From positions 17,546,001 to 17,610,000 of the forward strand of contig OZ024754.1 in assembly GCA_964016885.1 (NCBI GenBank): a DNA stretch of 64,000 bases. The letters are read 5' to 3'. The position numbers were made by a program, and so were the translations under genes. Origin of the DNA: Eledone cirrhosa (taxonomy: Eukaryota). Below are positions 52,652 through 64,000 of the stretch, one piece after another. Below the pieces are notes generated by a model. The model made no database searches, was not told the DNA's origin, and saw only the letters and a list, made by a program, of their open reading frames with translations. The first letter of the stretch is position 1; the number at the start of each line of letters is the position of its first letter.

Positions 52652-52846
52652 CTCAGAACATAGATTTTGATGCCTCTTTTTAAATATGTGTAATGCCTTC
52701 ATGGAACTCTGTAAGTGATTGATTAAGGAAACATTTATTTCTTCAGCTTTGGATGAATGTTTGGAGTGATCTGTAATAAACTTCTTCAGCTGGTGACATT
52801 CTTTAATAATGTTGTCGAGTTTGGTGATCTCCTCTCCGTAGCTTTT
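52652..52846 (-). CDS. Coiled-coil gene exon (KSYGEEITKLDNII...KKRHQNLCSE)
   Basis: gttatcatTAG acceptor, GAG|GTAATT donor, 195 nt open, phase 0-0. Confidence 0.78.
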
Positions 52847-52882
52847 CTAATGATAACATTAACATTGGTCTTAATGAAGATC

Positions 52883-53343
52883 ATCTCTCTCTCTCTCTCA
52901 CACACACACTCTCTCTCTCTCTCATGCACACACACTCTCTCTCTCTCACATGCATTCTCTCTCACACACACACACACACTCTCTCTCACACATACTCACT
53001 CTCTCTCACACACACACACACACATACTCTCTCACTTACACACACATTCTCTCTCTCTCACACACACACACTCTCTCTCTCTCACGCACACACACTCTCT
53101 CTCTCTCACATGCATTCTCTCTCTCACACACACACTCTCTCTCACACATACTCACTCTCTCTTACACACACACACACACACATACTCTCTCACTTACACA
53201 TACACTCTCTCTCTCACTCTCTCCCCCGCTCTCTCGCTCTCTCACACTCCCCCCTCTTTCACCCACTCTCTCCACTTTCTCTCGCACTCTCTTCACCCTC
53301 TCTCTCACAATCTCTCACTCTCCTCTCTCTCTCTCACACACAC
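52883..53343. repeat. (CT)n/(CA)n compound microsatellite
   Basis: Direct reading. Confidence 0.9.
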
Positions 53344-53436
53344 AGCCAATGTTTTTATCAATTTAACATTGTCACATCAAAAGAATCACAACCCACCTCA
53401 TTCTTCATTAACCACTGAAGATCATTTATATTCACT

Positions 53437-54420
53437 GTTAACAGTTAACACAGCCACACACAGTTAACAGTTAACACAGCCACACACAGTTAACACAACC
53501 ACACACAGTTAACACAACCACACAGTTAACACAACCATACACATTTAACAGTTAACACAGCCAGACACGGTCAACAGTTAACGCAGCCAGACACGGTCAA
53601 CAGTTAACACAGCCAGACACAGTTAACATAGCCATACACATTTAACAGTTAGCACAGCCAGACACAGTTAACACAGCCACACACAGTTAACAGTTAACAC
53701 AGCCAGACACAGTTAACACAGCCAGACACAGTTAACACAGCCAGACACAGTTAACACAGCTAGATATAGTTAACACATCCATACACAGTTAACACAGCCA
53801 TATACAGTTAACACAGCCATACATAGTTAACAGTTAACACAGCCAGACACAATTAACACAGCCATACACAGTTAACACAGCCAGACATGGTTAACAGTTA
53901 ACACAGTCAGACACAGTTAACAGTTAACACAGCCAGACACATTTAACAGTTAACACAGTCATACACAGTTAACAGTTAACACAGTCAGACACAGTTAACA
54001 GTTAACACAGTCAGACACAGTTAACAGTTAACACAGCCAGACACAGCCGAACAAGTTAACTGTTAACTGTATATGGCTGTGTTCACTGCGTCTGACTGTG
54101 TTAACTGTGTCTGACTATGCTAACTGTGTATAGGTGTGTTAACTGTTAACAGTATATGACCATGTATGGGTGTGTTAGCTGTGTGTGGCTGTGTTAACTT
54201 TGTATAGCTGTGTTAACTGTGCCTGGCTGTGTTAACTGTTAATTGTGTCTGGCTGTGTTAACTGTTAACTGTGTGTGGCTGTGTTAACTGTGTCTGGTTG
54301 TGTTAACTGTGTATGACTGTGTTAACTGTGTATGGTTGTGCTAACAGTTAACACAGCCAGACACAGTTAACAGTTAACACAGCCAGACACAGTTAACAGT
54401 TAACACACCCATACATAGTT
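53437..54420. repeat. 18/25-bp acagttaacacagcc minisatellite with an internal inverted block (~54055-54340)
   Basis: Orientation switches to gttaactgtgt...ggctgt and back. Confidence 0.88.
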
Positions 54421-54424
54421 CTTG

Positions 54425-55020
54425 TAACGCTAAACTCCGCCAGTTGCAGACTGCGCATTAAAATGTGATATCTCTCTCCACAAAGTTCGATCACCAGCAG
54501 CAGAGTTCAGAGAGCAAAGATCAAGTCCAGTCCATAAGTTGACATTGTTAAGCCATCGTTTTGGCTGCCGACCCCTGCTTCCCTTACCAGCCAACCTTCC
54601 TTCCAGGCATAACCTACTCACACCACGAGTTGATCTTTTTATATGGCCGTATTATTTAAGTACTCTTGACTTGACAATTGATGTAGTTGGTCAAAGTTTG
54701 GTGATGTTGAGCAGCTCACTGATACAGATATGGTCACTGAGCCGCTTGCCAGTCATAAGTCTCATGATGTGGTTCTGGAATGTAGAGAGCTTCTGAAGTG
54801 ACCTTGTCGTCCAATTAACACAGTCAAGACCATATAACACAACTGGTAGGATGTAAGTATCAAAGATCTTAGCCTTAAAAATGATAGGAAACTCATTTAG
54901 TACTTCCTTGTTCTTGTTGAAAGCTGCCCAACCTAGAGCAATTCGATATAGCGCAGTAACCATTCCATTGTTGTTTGATGATAGATTGTGACCGAGATAT
55001 ACAAACTCCGTAACTTGAAC
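54425..55020 (-). mobile_element. Decayed LINE (RTE-like) C-terminal fragment, third family
   Basis: EFVYLG...ILPVVLYG...W; GRLAGKGSRGRQPKRWLNNV..W...DRTLWR. Confidence 0.75.
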
Positions 55021-55099
55021 ATACATAGTTAACAGATCTAAAATTAAGAAAACAAACAAATGAAAGTTTTCTCATAAGAAATGAAGGAAATATATTTAC

Positions 55100-55290
55100 C
55101 TTCATTGAAGGAAGACATTTTTCAAACTCAGCAATGGTTTCATTTTTAAACATTAGTTGCTGATTCATTTCTTCAATCTTACATTCTTTCTCCCTCACAA
55201 TTTTATTATAGTTGTTCATTTTATTTAGTAACTCTTCATTAATTTCCTCAGATCTAGTTTGCATGAAGTCCAATTCTTGGGCGTGGGAAT
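55100..55290 (-). CDS. Coiled-coil gene exon (SHAQELDFMQ...EKCLPSMK)
   Basis: ttttcttcataaAG acceptor phase 1 (compatible with the repeat exons), AAG|GTAAAT donor phase 0, 191 nt. Confidence 0.8.
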
Positions 55291-55379
55291 CTTTATGAAG
55301 AAAAGAAGAGACAGACAGCATCCATAATAAAGAAAACATAATATAAAATACATATATGGTGACTAAATGTTAAAAGGTT

Positions 55380-55640
55380 CTTCTTCTTCTTCTTCTTCTT
55401 CTTCTTCTTCCCCCACTTATTTCTGAGAGGGTCGTGGGGCAGAAGTCCTCAAACACTCCCCCCAGCAGGTCCTGTCAGAAGCAACCATCTCCAACTGATC
55501 CGGCTGGATCTCCCAAGCAAGACCAGCCAAGCTCATGGATGTTATCCAACCATCTTGCTTAGGGTCTATCCCAGGGACTCCCTCCTGTTGGTTTTGCCCA
55601 TAAAATCTGCCCAGCAATTCTTTCCTGAGACATTCTAAAA
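55380..55640 (-). mobile_element. LINE 3' fragment with (gaa)n tail; related copy at ~60134-60390
   Basis: Two homologous fragments sharing ggtcctgtcagaagcaaccatctccaa..gctcatggatgttatccaaccatcttgc. Confidence 0.65.
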
Positions 55641-56025
55641 AGAAACTATTCAAATTCAAGAACCCGTCTCTGCTTGCCCCAGTTTATGTGGTTAGCTACA
55701 GGTTTCACACCTATTTCAAGAAGATTAGCAATGGAAAAAAACATTCACTGACCATCAGCCTTAGGCCCAATGTTGCTAGAATAAGAATATACTGACCCAA
55801 TGCTATTTCCTACTTTAACCCATTCAATAAACACACACCTTTTCTTCTTACCACTTTCACCACATCACATCAGACACCATATTAAACATAGAAGTTAAAC
55901 TTAGTTAAAATTTAATTTTTACATGTCAATTCTTCAGCTAAACTCTTCTTGCTAATTTTCTTCCAACTGTTATATTTTATATTGTAAAGGTTATTTAAAA
56001 GAAGTTATGATATCGTTATATTTAC

Positions 56026-56205
56026 TTTTCAGTCTTTTCATCTTTTCCTCCAGTGATTTACATTTCGTAATCTGTTCTTTATAGTTACTGTGTAATTTAT
56101 TCATTTCTTGCTGGGAAAACATGAATTTTTCATCTTTTTCAATGAGATGTTGGATCAGATCGTTCTTATTTCCACTGAATTTCAGTTCCTTTGTTAATTT
56201 CATCT
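56026..56205 (-). CDS. Coiled-coil repeat exon G (180 nt, phase 1-1)
   Basis: ttcaAG|AG ATG...AAA A|GTAAAT; MKLTKELKF...KCKSLEEKMKRLK. Confidence 0.75.
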
Positions 56206-56612
56206 CTTGAATTTGTTTTTGAAAAGATGCAAATAGAAATGAAATTTTAGGTTGTTAAGAAAGATTAGATGTCATATAAATATTTTTTGTTAATATTGTA
56301 AGAATAATGGCTTAATTATTGACTTAATTTTGGCATTATTACATATTGGTCTCTGAAGTAATTGAATAATTTGTACCAATTAACGTAGGGAAATGTGTAT
56401 TTTTGGAGCAGATGTGGACACCATAAACCACAGAAAAGGCAAGCTGTTTAGAAGAGCTATCACTCTGGTTAAAAACTGATACAGGGTAGAGAAGTCTTGT
56501 AATTCCAGAGACAACCTCTCTAGTGCTAGTAGCAGGATACAAAGTATCCAGTCCATTCTGTAAAGCAGTTGGTCATAGGAAGGGTATCCAGCCAAAGTAT
56601 CATTATATTTAC

Positions 56613-56714
56613 CTTCTTCCTTGGAAAACTTCACTTCCTCATCTTTTACACTGAGATGCTGCATCAGATCATTCATCTTTTTTTTGTATTCCAATTCAGC
56701 CTTTAATCTCATCT
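56613..56714 (-). CDS. Coiled-coil repeat exon F (102 nt, in-frame 78-nt deletion)
   Basis: tttaAG|AG ATG...GAA G|GTAAAT; MRLKAELEY...VKFSKEE. Confidence 0.65.
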
Positions 56715-57286
56715 CTTAAATTTGTTTTAGAAAACATTCAAATAAAAGTGAAATGTTAGGTTAAGTTAGATTAGATGTCATATAAATATTTGTGTGAATA
56801 TTTAATGAATAATAACTTAATTCTTAATTTAACTTTAGCAATATTATTACATTCTTGTCTTGTCAATGTTCCCATCAAAACACTAACACCAAATATTTCA
56901 AACTAAATAGTAACCATAATCACCACACTCAGGTGTTGCTATATTCTCGCCTGAAAAGGTGTAAAATATACCTGAAACTCTTTTCTCAGTCAAATTAATA
57001 CAAAAATAATCTAAACTTGCTAAACTAGCCAGTCAACACTAACATGGAAATATCAACATAAACCCAACTACCAACATTGTTCTGTCCTTCCTTAAACAGA
57101 AGAATGATAAAATGTAATACAAATCTGAATTTACAGATGTTGAATTAGAGTTAAAATATATTTTTCCATGTCAATCCTCTGGCTATTTTTTCTTCAGTTA
57201 AATTATTTTTAGTAATAAATCTTTCAACTGCTTTATATCACACTGAAAAGATTATTTTAAAGAAGTTATGATATCAATATATTTAC

Positions 57287-57466
57287 CTTCTAACAACTTT
57301 ATATGTTCCTCCAGTGATTTACATTTGGTAACCTCTTCTTCATAGTTACTTTGTATTTTAATCATTTCTTCCTTCAAAGACTTCACTTCCCCATCTTTTT
57401 CTCTGAGACATTGGGTCAAGTCTTCCTTCATTTTATTGTATTCAAATTCACATTTAACCATCATTT
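57287..57466 (-). CDS. Coiled-coil repeat exon E (180 nt)
   Basis: ttgaAG|AA ATG...GAA G|GTAAAT. Confidence 0.75.
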
Positions 57467-58505
57467 CTTCAATTTGTGTGTGAAAACATTCAAATAAAAA
57501 TTAAATGTTATTTTAGGTTACATTAGATGTCATATAGATATTTTTTATTAATATTGAATGAATAATAACATAATTCTTGACTTAATTATGGTATTATTAC
57601 ATATTGATCTCTCAAGTAATTGACTAATTTGTATCAATTAACCAGTGTGTAAATGTTTTGGTGTGTATTTTTTGGAGAAGATGTGGACACTATAAACCAC
57701 AGAAAAGGCAAGCTGTTTAGAAGAGCAATGAAACTGATTAAAAACTGATACAGGATAGAGAAGTCTCGTAACTCTAGAGACAACCTCTCTAGTGCTAGTA
57801 GCAGGATAGAAAGTATCCAGTCCATTCTGTAAAACAGTTGGTCATAGGAAGGGTATCCAGCCAAAATAACTATACCAAAAGCATGAGACATGAGAGATAC
57901 ATTAATTACATATACAGGATTAACATTAGCCATGTTAGTGCTGAAAATGTTAGTGGGGAGGGGGCGAGCTATCTTTATATGAGAACAATTGATTGCACAT
58001 TCCAGTTGAGGTACACAATACTGTGACCAAACACAATTAGCAAATCATCACAAGATACCCCTGTACTCTACGACAACACATTTCAGAGCTGCCACTCCCA
58101 ATATTGAAAGTATGACTGGTAGATCAGGTGAAATTGTGGAGGTGCTTTTGCAGAAAAAAAGTAGATGATGATGATGATATATATGTCCAATCTTTCCTTC
58201 ATCTCATTTACCATCTTCAGTTTTCCTTGTCTGTAGAGTCGTTCCACTTGGAACTCCTGGCACTTCACTCAAAAATTATCAACGAAACCCATTACATGCC
58301 ATTCACAATCATGTGTGTTATACAATAATTTGATGGACCCTATGCCCAGTTTTACCTTCAATTTGTCTGTGGTTTATTCATCATCCACACCAATATTACA
58401 ACATCCATTGAAGCTTGCTAGCTTCATTTCTTTCTAACCTTTCCACCTCCCCTGCATTCAATACCCATGTCTCACTACAATGTGACATCATAATATTATA
58501 TTTAC

Positions 58506-58679
58506 CTTCCAACATATTTATCTGTTGCTCCAGTGATTTATATTTTGTAATCTCTTCTTCATACTGTAATTTAATAATTTCTTGTTTCAAAATCTTCACT
58601 TCCTTATCCTTATCACTGAGACATTGGGTTAGGTCTTTCTTCATTTCTCTGTATTCCAATTCAGCTTTTAATCTCATCC
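58506..58679 (-). CDS. Coiled-coil repeat exon D (174 nt, in-frame 6-nt deletion)
   Basis: ttgaAG|GG ATG...GAA G|GTAAAT. Confidence 0.75.
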
Positions 58680-59501
58680 CTTCAATTTGTTTTTAAAATC
58701 ATTCAAATAGATATGACATTTTATTTTAGGTTAATATTTATAAGATGTCATATATTTATATGATGATGATGATTAGTGGAATATTTTATGAATAACGGCT
58801 CAATTCTTGACATTACTCTAGAAATATTATTTATTGATCTCTGAAGTAATTGAATAATTTGTACCAATTAACCAGTGTGTAAACGTGTCCATGTGTATTT
58901 TTGGAGAAGATGTGGACACCATAAACCACAGAAAAGGCAAGCTGTTTAGAAGAGCTATCACTCTGGTTAAAAATTGATACAGGGTAGAGAAGTCTTGTAA
59001 CTCCAGAGACAACCTCTCTAGTGCTAGTAGCAGGAAAAAACACATCCAGTCCATTTTCTAAAGCAGTTGGTCATAGGAAGGGTATCCAGCCCCCTCCAAA
59101 AAACATACAAAAATACACAAGTTAAACAGTAATTGTGTATACAGGGTTAGCGCTAACTATGTTAGTGTAGTGTACAGTAATGGGCTGGGGCTAAACAAAG
59201 AACCCCTTAATTCTCATCAAACAATCATATTTTCTCTTTCAGTTACAGAAAGATGTGACCAAATGATGACCTCTTCACTACTAGACACATCTGTACTTAA
59301 TGTTGGTACTATGTCACACCAACAGACATCATACTAAACATTTTGTCCAATTCTTTCTCTACTAGAATTACATCCTACTAACTGTCTTGTCAATGTTCCC
59401 ATCAAAACACTAACACCAAATATTTTAAACTAAATATTAACCATAATCACCACACTCAGGTGTTGCTATATTTTAGGAAATTAAGATATCATTATATTTA
59501 C

Positions 59502-59681
59502 CTTCTAACACCTTTATTTGTTCCTCCAGTGATTTACCATTCGTAATTTCATCTTCATAGTCACTTTGTATTTTAATCACTTCTTCCTTCAAAGAATTCA
59601 CTTCTTCATCTTTTTCTCTGAGACATACGGTCAGTTCTTTCTTTCTTTCACTGTATTCCAGTTCATGTTTTAATCTCACCC
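59502..59681 (-). CDS. Coiled-coil repeat exon C (180 nt)
   Basis: ttgaAG|GG GTG...GAA G|GTAAAT. Confidence 0.75.
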
Positions 59682-60641
59682 CTTCAATTTGTTTGTGAAA
59701 ACATTCAAATAAAAACATCATACTTATTAGATGTCATTGTAAATATGTTGTCAATATTGAATGAATAATGATGTCATTCTTGACTTAACTTTAGTAATAT
59801 TACTTATTGATCTCTGAAGTAATTCAATAATTTGTATGTACTAATTACTACATAAATGTGTATGTACGTATTTTTGTATGAGACAGACTTTCTATAACCA
59901 TGAAAAGCAGCATGCCTAGAAGAGCTGTAACTCTAAATAAGTTAATTGTATGGGTTGGAGGTGGTCTCCATAAGTTGCAAGGAAGGTATCCCAACCAGGA
60001 GAGCAGTCCTTTTCTTCTTCACTTATTCCTGTGGGCAAATTTTCATGTGGTAGAGGACGTTAAAAGTTAAAAGAAATTCTAACCATGATAAATATAATAA
60101 ATTGTACTAGACTATAATCTGCCAGATTATAAATGCTTCTTCTCCTTTTTCTTTGCCCACTTATTCCTGTGAAGATCCTGGGGGCAGAGTCTTCAAACAT
60201 CCCTTCCAGTGGGTCCTGTCAGAAGCAACCATCTCCAATTGACTCGGCTGGATCCCTGAGCGAGACTAGGCGAGCTCATGGATGTTATCCAACCATCTTG
60301 CTCGGGATCTACCGGTGGGTCTCCTGCCGGTTGGTTTTGCCCATTAAATCTGTCCAGTGATTCTTTCCTAAGACATTCTAACAACATGCCCATAGTGTAT
60401 CAGAGTTATGATCTCTCAATTTAGAGAAGTAGCACCTCTACCTGGAGCAACTCTCTGATCTCTGAGTTATGCACTCTATCACCATTGTACACTCCTGAAA
60501 AAGCTGCCATTCTAGATATTGGCACTATGAAATTGTAAAGATACTTGAGCAGAGACAAGAAAGAGGAAGATGAGATATCAGTGGTGATGATGATGACAAC
60601 GACAACAATGTTGATGATGATGATGAATATATATATATATA

Positions 60642-61947
60642 CAGGGTGCGGACGATATTTGTTCGCATGATTACTGTCTAGGAAAGAATAACACAGTAGT
60701 TTTATTTTTTAAGATATATTTATCAAACTTGGGTCAGTTTGTCTTCATGACTTATTCTTTCTATCTCACTTGATAAACCCGCCATTGGCTTTGATGACGG
60801 CTTCAAGGCGGCCTCGGAACCGGCTACAGGCCTTCGTCACTGTCCCCCGACTTAGGCCCCTAAAGGCACTTGTGATCCTGGCCTTCAGATCGTTTTTCGT
60901 ATTGCAGCTAGATCTGTTGGTGTCTCGTTCCACTGCGCCCTACACAAAGAAGTCGAGGGGGTTGCAGTCAGGCGAGCTGGGAGGCCAGATGTCAGGTGAA
61001 GTGTGGTCGACGAAGTTCTCTGACAGCCAGGCTTGGGTCTTTCGGCTGGTATGGCAGGGTGCTGAGTCTTGCTGCCATACGTACAGCCTACCTGCAGCTA
61101 CCTGGTCGATCCAGAGCTTTACTACCTTGCTCAGAACGTGGATGTAGCCATCGGTGTTCAGCTTGAGGCCCTCAGGGAAGAACTGAGGTGGCATGACGTC
61201 ACCTTGACTGCTGACGACACCTAAGACCAATGTTGTCGCTAGAAACTTTGTCTGCATGACTCTGGGCAAGTCTTTGGATGAGACAGCGAGCCACCTGTTG
61301 TTCTGGGAGTTGATCTTCTGGTCTTGGCAGAAGTTTTTCTCGTCGGAGAAAAACCACACCATGTCTGGCTCCAGTGGGTGTTTCAACTTGTTGATCAGCT
61401 TCTTTGCGTGCTTCAGTCGCTTTTCTTGCATCGCCTTTGACAGAAATTGTCCTTTCCTCATCTTGTATGAAACATAGCGAATGTCTTCATGTACCACCAG
61501 GATAATGAGCTTTTCATCCACGCCTTTTTCCCTTGCAATGGCATGCATCGACTTGCTAGGTTCATTGTTGATGATATCCTGAACTTCAGCAACGAACTCA
61601 GGCGTTCTGAAGGCGTCAGATCGTCGATCATGTGTTTTCCTCTCTGATGTTGCTTCGTAGTCGAATCCTGAATCTTCCAATTCCTTTCTGACCTTTTCCA
61701 CCATTCTCCTGCTGACGCTGAGAAAGTCTGAAATTTCCTTATTTGTCCTCCCGATGTGGATTCCAAGAAGAACTTCATGTCTCTTCCACAAATTTGGAGG
61801 TTCAAATTATTCATAATCAATTATTCTGAAAATAAATATTGGAAATATAGTCACTGTTTTTATGAAGACAAGAGTGACAACGGAAGTAAAAAAAATTTGC
61901 ATAAAATTAGCAGTTGAAAATTGCAAACAAATATCATCCACACCCTG
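60642..61947 (-). mobile_element. Tc1/mariner DD37D (maT-family) DNA transposon, full length, defective transposase
   Basis: TIRs cagggtg(c/t)gga(c/t)gatatttgtt(c/t)gca, TA on both sides; WFFSDEK, WQQDSAPCH, SPDCNPLD with 37 residues between D2 and D3; TAG at 60940-60942 and the frame continues to TGA at 60766. Confidence 0.93.
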
Positions 61948-62295
61948 TATGTATATATATATACATATTCAGTTTTTCCTTCAACTTGCTTTCCTTCTTA
62001 AATCTTCCTTTTCTGAAGAGTCCTTCCACTTGGAACTCCTGGCACTTCACTCAATGATCATTAACCATACCATCACATATCCATACCATCACATGTACAG
62101 AGCATCAACATTTTGTCATAATAAATCTCATTGATCCTATGTCCAGTTTTTTCTTTAATTTATCTGTCTTTGTCTATCATCCACACCAATATTACAATAT
62201 CCAGTGAAGCAAGCCAGCTTCATTTCTTTCTAAACTTCCCACCTCCCCTGTATTCAAAACCCATATCTCACTAATATATGATATAATATATTTAC

Positions 62296-62475
62296 CTTCC
62301 AACATCTTTATTTCTTCCTCCAATGATTTACATTTGGTGATCTCTTCTTCATAATCATTTTGTATTTTAATCACTTCTTGCTTCAAAGACTTCACTTCCT
62401 CATCTTTTTCACTGAGACACAGAGTCAGTTCTTTCTTTATTTCATGGTATTCTAATTCTTGTTTTAATCTCATCT
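62296..62475 (-). CDS. Coiled-coil repeat exon B (180 nt)
   Basis: ttgaAG|AG ATG...GAA G|GTAAAT; MRLKQELEY...KCKSLEEEIKMLE. Confidence 0.75.
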
Positions 62476-62630
62476 CTTCAATTTTTTTTAGAAAACATTA
62501 AATAAAAATGAAATGAAATGTTAGATTAAGATATATTTGATGTCCTTATAAATATATTTGAGAATATCTAAAGAATAATGACTTCATTCTTAAGATTATT
62601 TTTAAGAAGTTATGATATCAATATATTTAC

Positions 62631-62810
62631 TTTCCAAAATTGTTATCTGTTCCTGTAGTGATTCACACTTGGTAATCATTCCTTCATAGTTACTGTGTGT
62701 TTTAATCACTTCTTCCTTGAATATCTTCACTTCCTTATCTTTTTCTATGAGATGTGTGGTCAAATCATTCATCTGTTCATTGTATTCCAATTCACCTTTT
62801 AATCTCATCT
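62631..62810 (-). CDS. Coiled-coil repeat exon A (180 nt)
   Basis: ttcaAG|AG ATG...GAA A|GTAAAT. Confidence 0.75.
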
Positions 62811-63321
62811 CTTGAATTTGTTTTTGAAAAGATTCAAACAGAGGTGAAATTTTAGGTTAAGTTAGATTAGATGTCATACAAATATATTTGTGTGAATATT
62901 ATATGAATAACAACTCAATTTCTTTTGTTTTGATTCAATATTTTCATATGAAATATTTACGTAATTAACTAATAATTAACCTATATGTGTCGATTTTTGA
63001 CAGCTCTGGCATTTGTGTTTGTAATTTTAAGCTATCCATTTTGTCAGCATATTTGTTTGAGAGAAAATGTGAACTTTATAATTTCCCATACATCATTTAT
63101 TTTGATATAAGAATTTGTAAGTGAATTAAGGAGAAATCAGCTAAAGTAAAATATATTTAATAAGTAAAAATTCTTTACATTACTCTAGTAATGTTACATA
63201 TTGATCTCTGAAGTAATTGAATGATTTGTATCAAATAACTTGTGTGTAAATACATTTGTACATATTTTTGTATCAGACATGGACTCTATAAGTCTGAGAG
63301 AATCAGTCTTTGTAGAGAAAC

Positions 63322-63508
63322 ACCTCCGAATTCTCAGGTCCGCAGGTGGTCGGCCTGCGCCGATGGAACCGTGACTGGCTCGCTATCTCCAGTGACCTAG
63401 CCCGTGACCGTCGTGCGTGGGCTGCCATGGTTCGGGATGCCGTCAGGACAAGGGAAGAAACCGGCTCAACCCGTCCAGGGTGAATGTCGACACAAGTACA
63501 AGTAAGTA
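63322..63508 (+). mobile_element. Very short GC-rich RTE-like 3' insertion with 14-bp target-site duplication
   Basis: RRWNRDWLAISSDLARDRRAWAAMVRDA; tail acaagtacaagtaagta; ctttgtagag(a/g)aac at 63308-63321 and 63509-63522. Confidence 0.75.
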
Positions 63509-63879
63509 CTTTGTAGAGGAACTATAACTCCAAACAAATAAAACTATATGAGTTTAATGCAGATTCCATAAGCTATAAAGAAGGCCACCCATCTAGGAGA
63601 GCAGTCACTCTGATTAAAAACTGTTAGAGTAGAATATTGTATTAAGTCTAGTCAGAAAATACTTTGGTGCTAGTGACAGGATAAATTTCACCCAGCCAAT
63701 GCTGTAAGGTGGTTGGTGATAGGAATGACACCAAGATGGTGGTGCTGCTGGTGGTGTTGATGATGAAGATGCATATCCATTTTTTTCTTTAACTTGTTTT
63801 CCTTTTTCCATCTTTCCTTCTGTAGCTTCATTCCATTTGGAACTCCTGCCACTTCCCTCAATGATTAACATCCATACCG

Positions 63880-64000
63880 ACACATGCCCATACCATCACA
63901 AGCCCATACAGCCACATGTCCATACAGCCACATGTCCATACTGTCACATGTCCATTCCGTCACATGTCCATACTGTCACATGCCTATGCCGCCACATGTC
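63880..64000. repeat. 17-bp minisatellite (cacatgtccatactgt-like), runs off the window
   Basis: Direct reading. Confidence 0.75.

Noticed and set aside
52757-53467. Ser/Leu/His/Thr-rich plus-strand ORFs
   Set aside because: (CT)n/(CA)n microsatellite, partly antisense to a supported exon
55991-62808. Treating the repeated ORFs as seven independent ~70-aa genes
   Set aside because: One copy has GTG instead of ATG, stop positions are not conserved, and conserved AG/GT sites give a phase-consistent exon model

Overview
Eukaryotic, AT-rich, repeat-dense genomic DNA. The mix of tRNA/CORE SINEs, RTE LINEs with (GAT)n tails and very long (TA)n tracts suggests a coleoid cephalopod (octopus-like); this is an inference. 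Three spliced host genes on the minus strand can be read from splice signals and frame continuity, and the ORF track shows none of them whole. (1) A coiled-coil gene with at least 7 tandemly duplicated symmetric (phase 1-1) exons at 56.0-62.8 kb, followed by four unique exons; the last one reads into a Gly/Val trinucleotide repeat. (2) A complete 5-exon, 217-aa secreted protein with two divergent cystatin-fold domains (37535-34079). (3) The first coding exon of a small CxxC/TWxG zinc-ribbon-like protein (28039-27991). The rest is mobile DNA: a near-intact RTE LINE with one frameshift plus truncated copies, a DD37D (maT) transposon, a Tigger-like relic, CRE-clade fragments, Helitron-type elements, MITEs and SINEs. 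There are also 11 hammerhead-ribozyme folds in about six sequence families, mostly in Penelope-like islands inside (TA)n tracts. Several satellites, including a 7-kb 47/48-bp array, derive from a proto-repeat in the RTE/SINE 3' tail, and several fold-back palindromes are present. All coordinates and structures were read by eye; no database searches were run.
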